From Lama glama (Eukaryota): a stretch of DNA of 64,000 nt. The notes under the pieces were generated by a model. It was not told where the DNA came from and searched no databases. It saw nothing but the letters and a program-made list of their open reading frames with translations. Every line of letters starts with the position of its first letter. The stretch's first letter is position 1. A program made the position numbers and the translations under genes. The stretch covers positions 31,002,001 through 31,066,000 of the forward strand of contig CM052817.1 in NCBI GenBank assembly GCA_028534125.1, in the 5' to 3' direction. Shown piece after piece: positions 51,726-64,000 of this stretch.

Positions 51726-53382
51726 AAGCTTTATTCTCACACAAGAGAATGGAGGAAGTTTTTATGTTTAATGTAAGTTTGGTAACACTAAGAATGGGTC
51801 ACTTTTTCCAGTGTAAGACAAGGCATGTATATACCCATTATATTTTATACTTCTGTCTTTCAAAATAAACGTACTGTCTTTGAAAATTCTGATTTGACTC
51901 TTCACCAGCAATGATGTAAGCCTGCCACTCTTTGCTGGGGAGGATCCCTTCCCTCAGCCTGAGTTAGAGACTACTTCTGTCGTATGAAACAGTATCTTGT
52001 ATTTCTGTCTGCTCAGTAAGAGTGTCTATTTTTCAGGTCGTAGTTGTTGAATGAATTGGGATTGAGTGAGCTTGCTTTCAGCACTCTTTTCCAGAAAAGG
52101 GTATGTGCTGGGTGGAGCTGACCTTTCCCCATTCAGCATCCTAAAAATGACAAAACTGTCACAAAGATTTCTTTGTTAGTGGTCAAGGAAGCTATGACTT
52201 TGTTTCTTATCTACCTGTATAGCACTTCCTTTCATAATAATAATCACCAATTATCAAAAGTAATCACTTTAGATCGATGTTTTTGGTGATGCCCTTGCCT
52301 GGCCTTTTGTTTTTACCTAAAATATAGACGGTATGCTTCTACTGGAGATTTAGTTCAAGAAGTTCAGTTAATAGAAAATGTTAAACAGCATGTAGAACTC
52401 CCAAGATGACTTTATTTGGCAAATCTGATTCCTCCCACCTAATGAATAGCCCTGAGGATTATATGACTTTATTATTCAAGAGCCACACTTTTTCCACTAA
52501 ATAAATTGACCCTTGTCATCACCAAAGCCCGTATCAGATATATCTACAACTGTCCATATTTATCTTCTTTTCCAAAGATGATTCAGGGTGAAGGAAAATA
52601 CTTCCTCCTTTTATAGAAAGGATGATAGTTACGAAGAGAGCCATGCCGACGTGTCACCCTGACACCTGATGCAACAGAGGAAGCAGCAAAGATGTCAGAT
52701 GATCTCGCTACCATCATTATTACCCTCAGATAAGGAGTTGACGTAATAAGCCTCTTAGAGAGAGAGTTGGACGAGTCAGAGATGGTTCAGATTGGAGCAA
52801 GCCCAAGCTTATCAGGGCTCACTGTGCTTCAGGGTGGGTTATCTGTGGTTGATACACAGAGCAAGGAGGCACTCAACATCCTGAGTCTATGGCAAAACAG
52901 TTCTATCTTATTCTCAGAAACCCACCGCTATAACATTTCCCTATACTTTTTATTGACCCTGGTAGATAGTAACTTCTCTTTCTTCCAATGATTGGAGCAT
53001 ATAAGAACTGTGATACTGTGTTGGTACTTTTTCATCGTGGTTGAGAAGACACTTCTAAATCTGTCAAGGCCGGGACCCATTGTTCTCCCTCGCTGAGCTT
53101 TTGGAAGTGTTGGTTGAAATGGATTGTAACTCTATTCGACCTGCAGAAGGAGTCAATCCTGAAGCCCTTGTCACCAACCTTTGGGGATTTTTGTGTAAAC
53201 TAGACCTTTGCTATTATTGCAGCCTTCGATGAGAGGGCCTGCTTGTATCAGCTGTCAAGTCGTTGGTACATCGCCTTGGTCTATACTCTGAAAGGAGATG
53301 AGCTTTCCCAAACCATGAGGGATCTGTAATAAACTGATCACTCTCACTTTCAACTTGACAGTTTGAAATAAATTTGCTTAGA

Positions 53383-53535
53383 GCAGTGGTTCTCAGAGTC
53401 TGGTCCTATGCCCGGCAGCACCAGCACTGCCTGCAAACATGTGAAACATGTAGATTCTTGAGCTCCAGCCCTGACCTGCTGAATCAAGACTCCAGGTGTG
53501 GTTCAGGACATTCTGGTGCGTGCTGGAGTTTGACA
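53383..53535. mobile_element. MER5A-like element
   Basis: cagtggttctca...tggtcc...cagcaccagc...gacctgctgaatcaagact. Confidence 0.7.
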
Positions 53536-54869
53536 GCCAAAAAAAGAGCGTCTTGAAATGACTATACATAAGGACGTTTTTCTTTTTAAGACAAGTGAGC
53601 TCATGTATATATTTCAAGTTGTTTGTTGGCTGGTGATGACCTCAGACATTTTAAAATACTAACCGGGTCCAAGGGAATTCATTATCCTGTATTTACCTTT
53701 GGTAATCTGCCCTGCTACAAGCTTCATTATTAAGCATTCATTAAGGGATATGTCATTTTAGGTATGCTCTCTTACTAGATGATTTCAGTTTTTCATATCA
53801 TCTAGAAAAAATAGACTACAGTTAGAAATAATTTAATCCTAAATGATTGTATTTGATTATTTAAAATTTTATATGTAAATAGTATTGTACAGTCAAAAAT
53901 TGCATGCCCTGGGTTCTGAAACCTCTTGGACCTTTTGTTTCTTCCTCTGAAAAATGGAAATGAAACTCCACACCAAGTTGTGAAATTTAAATAACATGTG
54001 AAATGTATTTCATGAACAGTAACAATCATTACAGAAGTGTTAGCATTGCTTAGAGAACAAGTACTTAGTTCATATTTATTTACACTTATTTCTGAAGTTA
54101 AATGATTTTATGCTTAAAATTGATAGCTTGTAGATTTCAGAACATTTTCATTATTGTCAATTTTTTAGCTTCTGTGAGTAAAAGGAATATTAGATCATAT
54201 AGCATCATGCAGACCTACTGCTGAGGGCAGCATTAGACTGTTTCATAGCTATTAATTACAGCTTGTTTCTTCAAAAAGTTTAATTAAAAAAATTATGAAT
54301 CAGTACATTTTCACTGTAACAAAGAATAGGAAGAAAAGTTAAGTCTCTTCCGATTCCCTTTTTATTCCCATCATAAGATAACCAGTATTTGTAGCCTCAT
54401 GTGAATTGTTCCATACTTTTATCCATATCGGTGCGAAGGTGTATAAATGTACACATATCCAGGCAGTTTGTGTTAAGTGAAATAAGCCCAGGCCAGGCCA
54501 GTTGTAGATTCAACAACGCAGTAAGAAATTGAACTTACACCTGTGAATCTGTAGTACAGTGAGATGGCCCTTGGTTACTAGTCACTAGACCCTGATCTGC
54601 TGATGTGGCCCCCTTTTCCCGCCTAAGAATTTGAAAAGGCAATGGGCTTGTGTTCCAGGCTCTTGTGACCCAGCAGCCTCGTCATTCCCCACAGCTGACA
54701 AAAGTACTAAACGATCTTCATGAGGAACCAGGCAGGTGATGGGAGCTGTACCCACTCGCTTGTGTCTTAGATCTTTGCACATCTTGTTTACTGATTAGGC
54801 AGTAAATCAAAGGGAAACTTAGACTGTGTCCAAGTTCCCATTTTCCCCAGTCTTTGAACCCAGGTCAGT

Positions 54870-56380
54870 CATTCTGGTCTGTTCCTCATTCATTTTTACA
54901 AATATTGGATCGTTATATTTATATTTCTCTGCCATTTGTTTTGTTTTGTTTTGCTTCAATACATGATAGTCATCAGTCCAGGTCAGTGGTTGGAAAGATG
55001 ACATTTTTAATAGATGCATAATAGTCCATCATGTGGCTAATGTTATAATCTAGTCCGCTGTTCTCCAGTTGAAAGATGTTCACGATACTTCCGGGTGGTT
55101 GTTAGTACCCCCAAATAAAACAACTATAATATACATTCTCGTACATTTACTTATGGGTCAGACTCCCCAGAGTGGAATTGCTGTATCAATAGCTGTAAGT
55201 ATTTTAAATTTTAAGGGATACTGTCAATTTTTTGAGGGGGAGTGGAAGATTGTAGCAATTCACACTCCCTTTGCCAGAGAGTTTGTTTCTCCCTTTCCTC
55301 ACCAGCACTGGTTATAGTTACTCATTTTAATGTTTATGAATAGTATGGATAAAAAAAGATGTCTCCATGATAGCTTCAATTTGCAACCCTCTGGTGACGA
55401 GTGAAGCTGAATGTCTCTTCATATCATGGCCCTTTGAATTTCCTCTTTTGAGACTTGCTTATTCATCTTCTTTGCCCAATTTTATTGGGCTTTTCATTTT
55501 TTCTTATAAACTTGTATGAATAATTTGGATATTAGGAATGTTAAGAGTTTGCTAGTTATTATAAGCTGCATTTGTCTCTTGATTTTTTTTTTAATGACTT
55601 GTACCATATAAGATAGATAAATGAATACATTGTCTTTCCTCACTTCTTAGGAAAGTTTTTCCCAGCTAACAATAATAAAATATTCTAAATTTTCTTTTGG
55701 TAACTTTACTGTGATTTTTACATCTAAGGTTTTAATCTATCTTGAGATTTGTTTATTAATTTTAAATTTATTAAGTTTTAAAAATTCATTAAAATATTTT
55801 AATACAAATCGATTTTTAATATAGAAAGTTAGGAATTTTGCTTTCTTGTTTCCAAGATGGATGACCATTTATTCCAGAGTTAGTAAACAAATTACCGTTT
55901 TCCCACTGAATTGAAATTCCACTTTTGCTATGTATTATCTTCCTATTTATACAGGGATCTACTTTTGGACCTTCTGCATTAGTTTTCTATAAATGACCAC
56001 AAATTTCTGGCTTAAAACAACCCTAGCTCATTACTGTATTGTTCTGTAGATCAGAAGTCCAGGTCCAGTGAGACTGAGTGTTTCACTCACCTCCTCAAAG
56101 ACTGAGATTAGGGTGTCATCCAGACTGAGTTCTCTGATAACGCTGGGGAGGAATCCACTTCCAACCTTATTCAGATTGTTGGCAGAATTCAGCTCCTTAC
56201 AATTGTAGGACCTAGGTCGCCATTTCCTTGCTGGCTGTCAGTTGAAGATGCTCTCAACCCCTCAAGACCATGAGCAGCCATTCTTTCGAGTTACATTTCA
56301 TTTGCTAAATTTTATTGAGTTTTTCCATCAATATTCACAAGTAATATTAGTTTATAATTTTCTTGTGGCAGTTATAAAGA
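54870..56380 (-). mobile_element. Ancient L1ME-like fragment interrupted by an MLT1 LTR piece (about 55975-56280)
   Basis: agagtggaattgctg...cctcaccagcactgg (L1); ggcttaaaacaac...gttctgtagatcagaagtcc (MLT1). Confidence 0.65.
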
Positions 56381-58289
56381 AGTTCATACATACATATTTT
56401 TAGTACATACAGGTATTTATATAACGGTGATAAATGATTATTTCAATAAAGCATTTTTTCTACCATATAATTGCCTTGCTGTGAAATAGTATTACAAATT
56501 GAGTGTGTGTAGCATTTAGTTTGTATTAATCTCATATCCAATCCCTCTCTCCTAGTGTTAACATGTATTAAAAATCTTGATCTTTAGGATCTATGATCAT
56601 ATTAATTAACTTTTAAATTCCAGATAAAATGCTAATGTCAGTTCCTTAAAGCAAGATGTCCAGAGTCAGGTGGCTTTTGACACTGCATTTCTGGATAATA
56701 TTAGGCTTCAAGTGGCCATGTTGAGCCCAGGAACATGCAGTCTTCTTAGCATAGTTAATCTTTAATGGCATTTTTCCATCACTAACCAACAGCCAATTTG
56801 TTGTAATCCAAATTTTCACATCGTAGTAGTTTGTTCTTAAACAAGATGAAGTTGAAGTTAGGAATGGAGACTTCAATAAAACCTGTGTAAACTATAGCTT
56901 TGTTCTTTGTCCCTATCTTTAAGGACTCACTTAGGACTAATGTATCCAGATCTAAAATATTCTTTCTTGTTCTAACTGATAAGAATTGATCTTTAAGCCG
57001 TTAGTTCTTGGCATGTTAAAATTTTTTTTGTGTGAATTTTCAAGGCAGGGTTTCAACCACTGGCAGAGTATCAGGTCAAATAAAGCATAGGACAGTTTGG
57101 TTTATTAGCAGAAAACCATGGCAAATCAGCTCTTCGAGGAATGGGTTAAATCTTAGAGTAAATGAATGATGTTCTTGAAAGATCCTAAAAGTGCTTCACA
57201 GTAAGTTAGAGCTTTTGTCTACGAAGTTGCTCTCTTTACCCCAGGAACCATTGGGGCGGGGCGAGTGGTATTGCTCTGCTCAGCTGGTTGGTTGCCTGGC
57301 AGGCTCTCCAGTTCAGTGAAGGGCAACCTGGCTAAAGCTGCATGTGACCAGGTGGTTGAGTGTGAGCTACATACGGTTTGAGAAATTAAACACAGATGAG
57401 TAACTGAGTATAGTTGTTAGTATCAGTACTGTGCATACCAATTCTCAATGAATACTCATGAATAAATCTTGGGCTTGAGAGAAAAATGTCCCAGATAACC
57501 ACCACAGCTGTTAATCTTTACTTAGCACTTACTAGGGTTCACACACTGCTCTAAGGGCTTTACATACATTAACTCACTTAATCCTGACAACAACCCTTTG
57601 ATCAAGGCTAGCTGGCAAGTGGAGGTGGCGAGAATTGATGTCGGCATCTGGCTGGCTCCTGAGTCTCTGCTCTGAATCACTATTTACTATTTATTGACAG
57701 TATAAATCCAGTAGGAAAGGAAATAATGATTTTCTGAAAGAGTCCTTCAGGCCCGGAGAAGCAGACTCCTTCTGCTAATAAAGGTCAAATGATGCAATCA
57801 CAAGCTGAAAGTGATTGCTTCTGTCTTCTCAAACTTTGATCTTTTCGTTTTGCTTCGAATGGAAGGGAAGCCAGGCTGAGCTGTGAAAGAGGAAACGGGC
57901 TGCTTTTGTTTCCATTTCCCACACTACTTGCTGCTGCTTTTCTGTAAAATTCAATGATCAGCTGCCGCTGGTTGATCATCTCACTTCGGCCAAGCATTAG
58001 ACTCCGTGGAGTCTGGAAAGGACTTAGCCGTGTTCCCTGGCCTTAAGAACAAAGCCACCCGCCGCGCCTTGTAGCAGGTACAGTGACGGCACCGTGTGTG
58101 GGACTGTAACGGGCACAGAGAAGGGAATGCTTTACTGTGTCTCCTGTGTCACTCCTTTTCAGTCTCCCCCACTCTGAGGTAAAGCTAGAACAGTCTAGAG
58201 GATGAATAGGGGCTGGCATGGTGAATGGGTGTATGACTGACCAGCCTTCCAGAAGGAGGGAGCAGCATTTGCAAAGGTTCAAGGTACAG

Positions 58290-58460
58290 GTTATACCTGG
58301 CAATCTCCTTAATAAGTCACCTGGGTGCTTATTAAATTCCACCTTCGTGGGCCCCATTCTGTATCCTCTGAATCAGACTCTCCAGAGGAGGAGCCTAGGG
58401 GACTGTGATTAACAGGAGCCCTAGGGAGTTCTTGTCAGGGGGAGCTTGGAAAACATCACA
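58290..58460. mobile_element. MER5-like element
   Basis: tcacctgggtgcttattaaa...tgaatcagactctcca...ttggaaaaca. Confidence 0.6.
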
Positions 58461-60920
58461 CAAGTGGCATACGGTTTGTCCATGAGCATAGAATGAATTT
58501 CGGGGAGAGTGGCTGAAGATGAGATCAGGTGGTATGAAGGTCATTTTATGTCGTGCCTATCTTTGGGGATTGTTTGAATTTCTATTTGTAGCCTACTTAA
58601 CACTGCTTGCTTCTCAAGTATCAACAGCTACGTTGAACGAAGCATTTACTTTAGACTTGGACAACTTTATTTAATTTGCAAGCAGTGTATCGAAAGTTTG
58701 GACTTCAGCCCAATTTACAGGGTTTCCAACCTTGACTTATTTATGCTGAGAAACAGCCAAGGAGGAGAGTGGGGAAAAGAATTAATATTGTTTATCTCCA
58801 TTGTGCCCCATGACTCTTAATGGTGTCTCATCTTATGCGTTGGCAAGCTGAAGCCAAGAGGTTAATTATGTCGGCCACATAGCTATTAAGTGATGCAACT
58901 GATCACTGGGTCGATAGAGCAGAAGGAATTTGATTTGTCCAAAAGTGGTGATCAGAGTGCTCACTCACTCACTTAAAATAGGTGAACTGGAAAATGCAGG
59001 GTTTAGGTCGGGGTATAGTGAAAAAGCTTCTGACGTTTGTTACCATGTTAACATTAAATATGTGCCCAATATTCTGTATTTTTTTCTGTTAAAGAGAAGC
59101 TAATTTTCAGTATTTCATGTGAATTTATCTCCATTTAAACATTTTTGTCCTATATTCAAACAATTTAAAACAATGTGTTTGCCAACAGTGATGCCCAGCA
59201 CATCATTGGGTAGAATTTCACTTAAGGGCTGCTGGTGTGTGATTCTAGATGAAATAATCCCTAAAGGCTATGCTTTAACATGTCATGGTTCTTGCTGATT
59301 CGTGATGAGGTATGATTTACTGTGATTTGCCTTCCTTTCATATCTAAAGAAATGGTTCTCGAATATTTATGTAGAAGATTAATAACAGAGCTGTCTCTAA
59401 GTATCAGTACACTTTTAACTTTGCTAGGGGAATGTGGAAAGATGAAAAGGCCACTTGCTTCTGGCTTCTTGCTACTGGGAAAAGGGTTGCCCTCCCCTGA
59501 GCCTTCCAGTCCAACTGCTGTTTTTCGATGCCTTTCTGCCGTAAGAGGAGCTCAAAGTGGATCCGTCCACTTGTGTGTATACTTTCAACCCATGTGGAGC
59601 CACATGCAACCAGTGTCTTTCCAAAGGATGTAGAGCAGCAAGTTGGTGGACCTTGAAAACAATTCAGTACAGCTTGGCCTGTATTAAAATGAGAGAGGCT
59701 GAAAAAGAGAATTGAGTAGAAGGAAGATGGTATGCCTTGCAAGTAGGAAGGGCAAGAATTGCTTTTGGGACTTTTGTTTCAGGTCTTTGTGTGTATGTGT
59801 GTCCATGTTCCAGGTTGCATCATAGAATATATTTCCCACCGACCTGACAGTTAACTAATTTTGAAAGCACTGAGCTAGAGTAACTAAGTAGATCCCTGGT
59901 CAGTCCTTCTCAGTCTAAGATGGTATAAATTCTAGGCTGGAAATTTCAGAGGATGTTTACCACGTATTGATTACCCATGTACATGGTCTTTTTTCTTCAG
60001 TCCCTTGAGAACACTAACAGATTATCATGTGTAGATCAGTCCTTTGATCCAAGCATCAGTTTTCAGGAAAGAGCGGCAGTGCTGAACGGAGGGAGAGTCA
60101 TTACAAGATGGTGAGCTGCATGGCCTTGGAGAGCAGGATGAGACTGTGGCTGAGGGAGGATGCCGAGCAGGGCAGTGAGCCAGCCCCAACTCTGTCTCCA
60201 CTGAGATTCCTTGAGAATGCAAAGTGGGAAGGGAGAAGACAATGTGTGAGTGAACAGAGCACCTAATGCAAGTTTACAGGCATTGAAAAGGCGCAGGGGA
60301 AGGTGGACCTACAAATACTTCGGCAGTGAAATGTTTTCCATTTGTACATTTGCCTCTTTGGAACTGAGTGAATGGAGAAAGATAAGGTTCTTGAGTAGGT
60401 TTGTGAAATGAAAAGCTGATTGTTTTTGTGAGCCAGTGAGGATTTTTGCTAGTGTGAGTTTGTTGGATACACCATGAATGACCTGAAGTCAGCACCTCCC
60501 ACGTACAAATCATTTCTAAGTTTGTGTTCTCAGGAAATTGTATTATGGAATTTAAAAAATCTAAGTAGAATCTAGATTGCTGTATGAGATTGTGGATTCT
60601 AGAGGGATACATACTCCTATGTCTTAATAAGAATTTAATTGCAAATGAGAACTCTTTTAAAGTTTCCAGAAATAAAATAAAATTGTATTAATTTCAGCCT
60701 TCTGTAAAAGAGGAGGTTTGTCATAATGGTCATCTGATGGGATGAAATGCGTGAAAAGCACATAGTGCTCATGTTAAGTATTTTACAGTATCCGTTGATT
60801 CACTGGTAAAGCACTATCTTGCGTGCTTATTCTGGGGGAAGATTTCTGGATATTTTATGACCTACTTTAATAACTCAAGCTCTCATTACTAGTTATAGGT
60901 TAAGAAGCTGTTTTTACATA

Positions 60921-61140
60921 CAGTTGACCCTTGAACAATGCAGATTTGAACTGCAGAGATCCACTTATACTGGGATTTCTTTCAATAGTAAATATTACGG
61001 TGCCATCGGATCCCAGTTGATTGAATCTGCAGATACATAGGAACTGTGGAAATGGAGGGCCAAGTACCAGTTATGGGTGGATTTTCTCCTCTGAGGAGGG
61101 CGGGCACCCCTGACCCCCCATGTTGTTCAAAGGTCTACTG
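60921..61140. mobile_element. Tigger-family MITE (MER8/Tigger2-like), complete
   Basis: TIRs CAGTTGACCCTTGAACAA / TTGTTCAAAGGTCTACTG with TA on both sides. Confidence 0.88.
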
Positions 61141-61929
61141 TATTGGAGTGAATACTAGGCTTTTTGAATTACTTCAGAGATAGATTTTTTTTTAATTATA
61201 TTGACGTGATAGGGTTGTTTTGGCCAATCAATGTGTATTGCTATCTGTGAGCAGATAAATTTGAGAGAGCAAACTCCAAAGGACAGAGACCTGATAAGGA
61301 CAGAACCTTTTTTGCCTTGCTTCTGTCACTGGTATAGAAGTTCTAAGACCGACTTCGTGGATGTTTTCTCTCGCTGATGACAGAGGCTGCGTGTTGTGAG
61401 GCCAGTGTCCAGACACACCGTTGGCGGCCATTGTGTTCTTCCTATTAAAAGTGACTTTCTGCCTCTTCCTTGTTTTTCTTACTTTACTTTAGATCATATA
61501 AGTTTTAAAGCTCTGATGGACTCTTGTAAGATTATTATTTGGATTCAGCTTATTTTCTGTAAATACAGTGATAAAGTGATGCTACATGACTGTGATCTCT
61601 TGGCTGCTCCAGGACCAGTATAGAGGAGACAAGTGTATGGGCTAAATGGATTATTAAAAAATATTGATTGACTAGAATTACTAGACTAAGACAAGATCTT
61701 CCAGTGCTGCGAGGTAATGATGTATGACTCATGATCCATGAAAGCTGGGTGCAATCTTAATATCCTTAGGGGAAAACTGTTCATTTCTGATTAGTTTAAT
61801 ACTTTAGAGAAAATAATCAATAGACATGTTATAAACTTAGAATGAAGCTTAGGGAGGAAGCAAACTTAAATAATTTGCCCAGACTGCTTCAGTACCTTGA
61901 ACACTATTTTGCACCTGGAATTACATTTT

Positions 61930-62006
61930 CTTTTTGGAAGTATAGTTGATTTACAATGTTGTGTTAGTTTCTGGTGTACAGCATAGTGATTCAGATATAT
62001 ATATAT
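61930..62006 (-). mobile_element. Very short L1 3' tail
   Basis: gaagtatagttgatttacaatgttgtgttagtttctggtgtacagcatagtgattcag. Confidence 0.8.
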
Positions 62007-62272
62007 GTTATGAGTGGCCTTTTAGGTACTCTCTCGTCACTTAGGTAACCAGGTAATCAGCTCACGGGGCAGATGGTGTATGCTTTATTTTGTAAAGATT
62101 TGGTTAAAATGGAGGTCCAATGACTGGCTTTACTTTCACATTTATACCTTGAACCATTGGGTCATTTGTTTACTGAGTATAGAAAAAAATGAATTTTATT
62201 ATCATTACTCTTTTCTAGACTTTCCGGAGGCTAACGAGGAGTGTTTTAGTGGGATTTTCTTTGTTTTGCTAG

Positions 62273-62309
62273 ATCACCGACACAACGTGGATCTCGCCAC
62301 GTTTTGGAC
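62273..62309 (+). other. ATP10D: ATP10D exon 2, 5' UTR part (37 nt)
   Basis: Acceptor ttttctttgttttgctag|ATC at 62272/62273. Confidence 0.8.
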
Positions 62310-62599
62310 ATGACTGAGCTTCTCCAATGGGCCAGATATCACTGGCAGCGGCTGGTCAGTGGGACACCCAGGGACGACGATGAGAGGCCGTACAGCTATT
62401 TCTCTCTGCTTGCCTGCGGGGGCAAGCCCTCTCGGACCCCCAGAGCGGCGGGAAAGCACCGGGTGGTTGTCCCCCACCTCTGGCCCTTCAAGGACGAGTA
62501 TGAAAAGTTTTCTGGAACCTACGTGAATAACAGAATACGGACGACAAAGTACACCCTTCTGAATTTTGTGCCAAGAAATTTGTTTGAACAATTTCACAG
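62310..62599 (+). CDS. ATP10D: P4-ATPase lipid flippase ATP10D, first coding exon (MTELLQWARYHWQRLVSG...NRIRTTKYTLLNFVPRNLFEQFH); gene continues beyond the window
   Basis: Carries the P4-ATPase N-terminal signature N-x-I-x-T-x-K-Y...F-x-P-x-x-L-F-E-Q-F. N-terminus resembles ATP10D, and the position next to COMMD8 fits. Donor CAG|GTACTT, 290 nt, phase 2. Confidence 0.95.
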
Positions 62600-63029
62600 G
62601 TACTTGTATTTTTTGGAAAAAAAATAGAATGTCTTTGTCATTCTAGTTGGTATATAAGATTTTTCATTTTCGTAATATTATATTTGCCCTAAGCCTAAAG
62701 CTTACGGTGTTACCTTTGACGATTCTGGCGGAATCTGTTGTGGAACAACGACCCCTTACATTCACAGCACTTTATAATGAGTAAGATGCTTTCTCTTGGT
62801 GAGAGAGATACTGTTTTCCTCGCATTACAGATTGGGAAACCAAGTTAGACACTGTGGTTTAGCCAGTGGTGAGAAGACGAGCCTTGAGTCTTCTTGCTCT
62901 TGCTTTTGTGTTCTTTCCATGAAACCGCTGTGTTTTGATTTTAGCCTTTTCTTCTTGATAATAGGGGAAGACAGCTCTGAAGCAAACCAGACGTAAACTG
63001 TTATTAGGTGAAACAGCAACATAATTCAG

Positions 63030-63720
63030 TTTACTGTGTGTTTATTGAAGCCATCCTGTAAGTTCAGGCACTGAAGGAAATGCAGGTCTAAATGGTGCTT
63101 CTTCCCTTATGGAGTTTTATATTTAGCACAGGAAACAAGATTTGAATACAAACGATGAAAAGACATAGTGGATATGTTGAGTGTTATAAGCTACCAGCTA
63201 GTAGGGAAGCCTCAAAAAGAGGAATAATACTATTAGCTAGAGCCGTAGCAGGGAAGTGGCATTTGAACTTAATTATGAAGGGTGAGATTTTCAAGGCAGA
63301 GTTGTCTGCAAAGCACGCTTCAGATGGAGGAAGGAGTATGGGTAAAAGCAGAATGGCAGTAGCCGAGATTTGCTGGAGGCCTGGGAAGTGGTCCTCTCTG
63401 CTAACACAGTTAGAGGCCTACTGAAGGCAGAGAGAACATTTAGGAAGATGCTGCATATATCCTGGTGAGTTGTAATGGAGACCTGGACTCAGAACAATGT
63501 GGGAAGGAAAAGAAGGGCCATCTATTATGAATACTATGGGTTAGATGTAGGGAATTAAGTGAAAGGAGTAAAAGATGATGTGAACAGGTGGAGCTGTGAT
63601 GACCAGGAGGATTAACAGAAAAAGTAAAGGCAGGAGTCAAAAGAAGCTTGACTGGAAGATTGTTTTGTTTCGGGAAATGTTGAGTTTGAGCTGCTAATGT
63701 AAGTATAGAGATTCTCTGCA
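63030..63720 (-). mobile_element. L2 fragments in ATP10D intron 2
   Basis: tttattgaag...caggcactg...cttatggagttt; atgttgagtttgag. Confidence 0.55.
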
Positions 63721-64000
63721 TTCATTGTTCATTCCACGTATCTTCCTCCTCACTTTTCATTCTATGTTCATCCATATACATTTATTGAACAGAGGATATG
63801 CTTAAAATACAGATGTGAATTTGTTGAATTAATGGCTTTAAATGCTGTGGGTGTTTCAGTCTTGTATGGAGTTTGTAATCTAGTGCACTTGATGGAATTA
63901 GGATGTGGAACTTGAACAGAGTTCAGGGCCCAGCACTGTAGAGTTGGATGCAGTTAACATGGAAATAATTGAAGCCACAGAAGTAGCAAAAAGGGCTAAG

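Noticed and set aside
56640..56890. Possible antisense exon or pseudogene relic after an acceptor-like ttacacag
   Set aside because: No frame gave a protein I recognise and two frames contain stops. A BLASTX would be needed to reopen this.
62600..62627. YLYFLEKK extension and MD prefix of ORF 62304-62627
   Set aside because: The extension is read-through past the donor at 62599 and the prefix is a TTG call. The real start is ATG 62310.
1..64000. CRISPR arrays, operons, rRNA or other prokaryote-type systems
   Set aside because: The DNA is mammalian with spliced genes. No repeat-spacer array or rRNA-like sequence was seen.

Overview
Mammalian nuclear DNA, very probably from a camelid: it has camelid-type tRNA-derived SINEs and I saw no Alu, BovB/Bov-tA or PRE1. 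It holds the complete five-exon COMMD8 gene on the minus strand (CDS 20892->11939, 183 aa, all junctions GT-AG) and the start of ATP10D on the plus strand (promoter about 37.9 kb, non-coding exon 1, 24-kb intron 1, first coding exon 62273-62599). The rest is mostly L1, L2, MIR, LTR and DNA-transposon relics, with one 500-N gap. By recalled synteny (GABRB1-COMMD8-ATP10D), the first 6 kb may be the far end of an extended GABRB1 3' UTR. I found no new protein-coding system. The best candidate for undescribed regulation is the spliced ATP10D leader. It has three uORFs, two of them chained by stop/start overlaps (UGAUG, then AUGA over the main start), and a hairpin just before the main AUG. Repeat family names and comparisons with human proteins come from memory, not from database searches.
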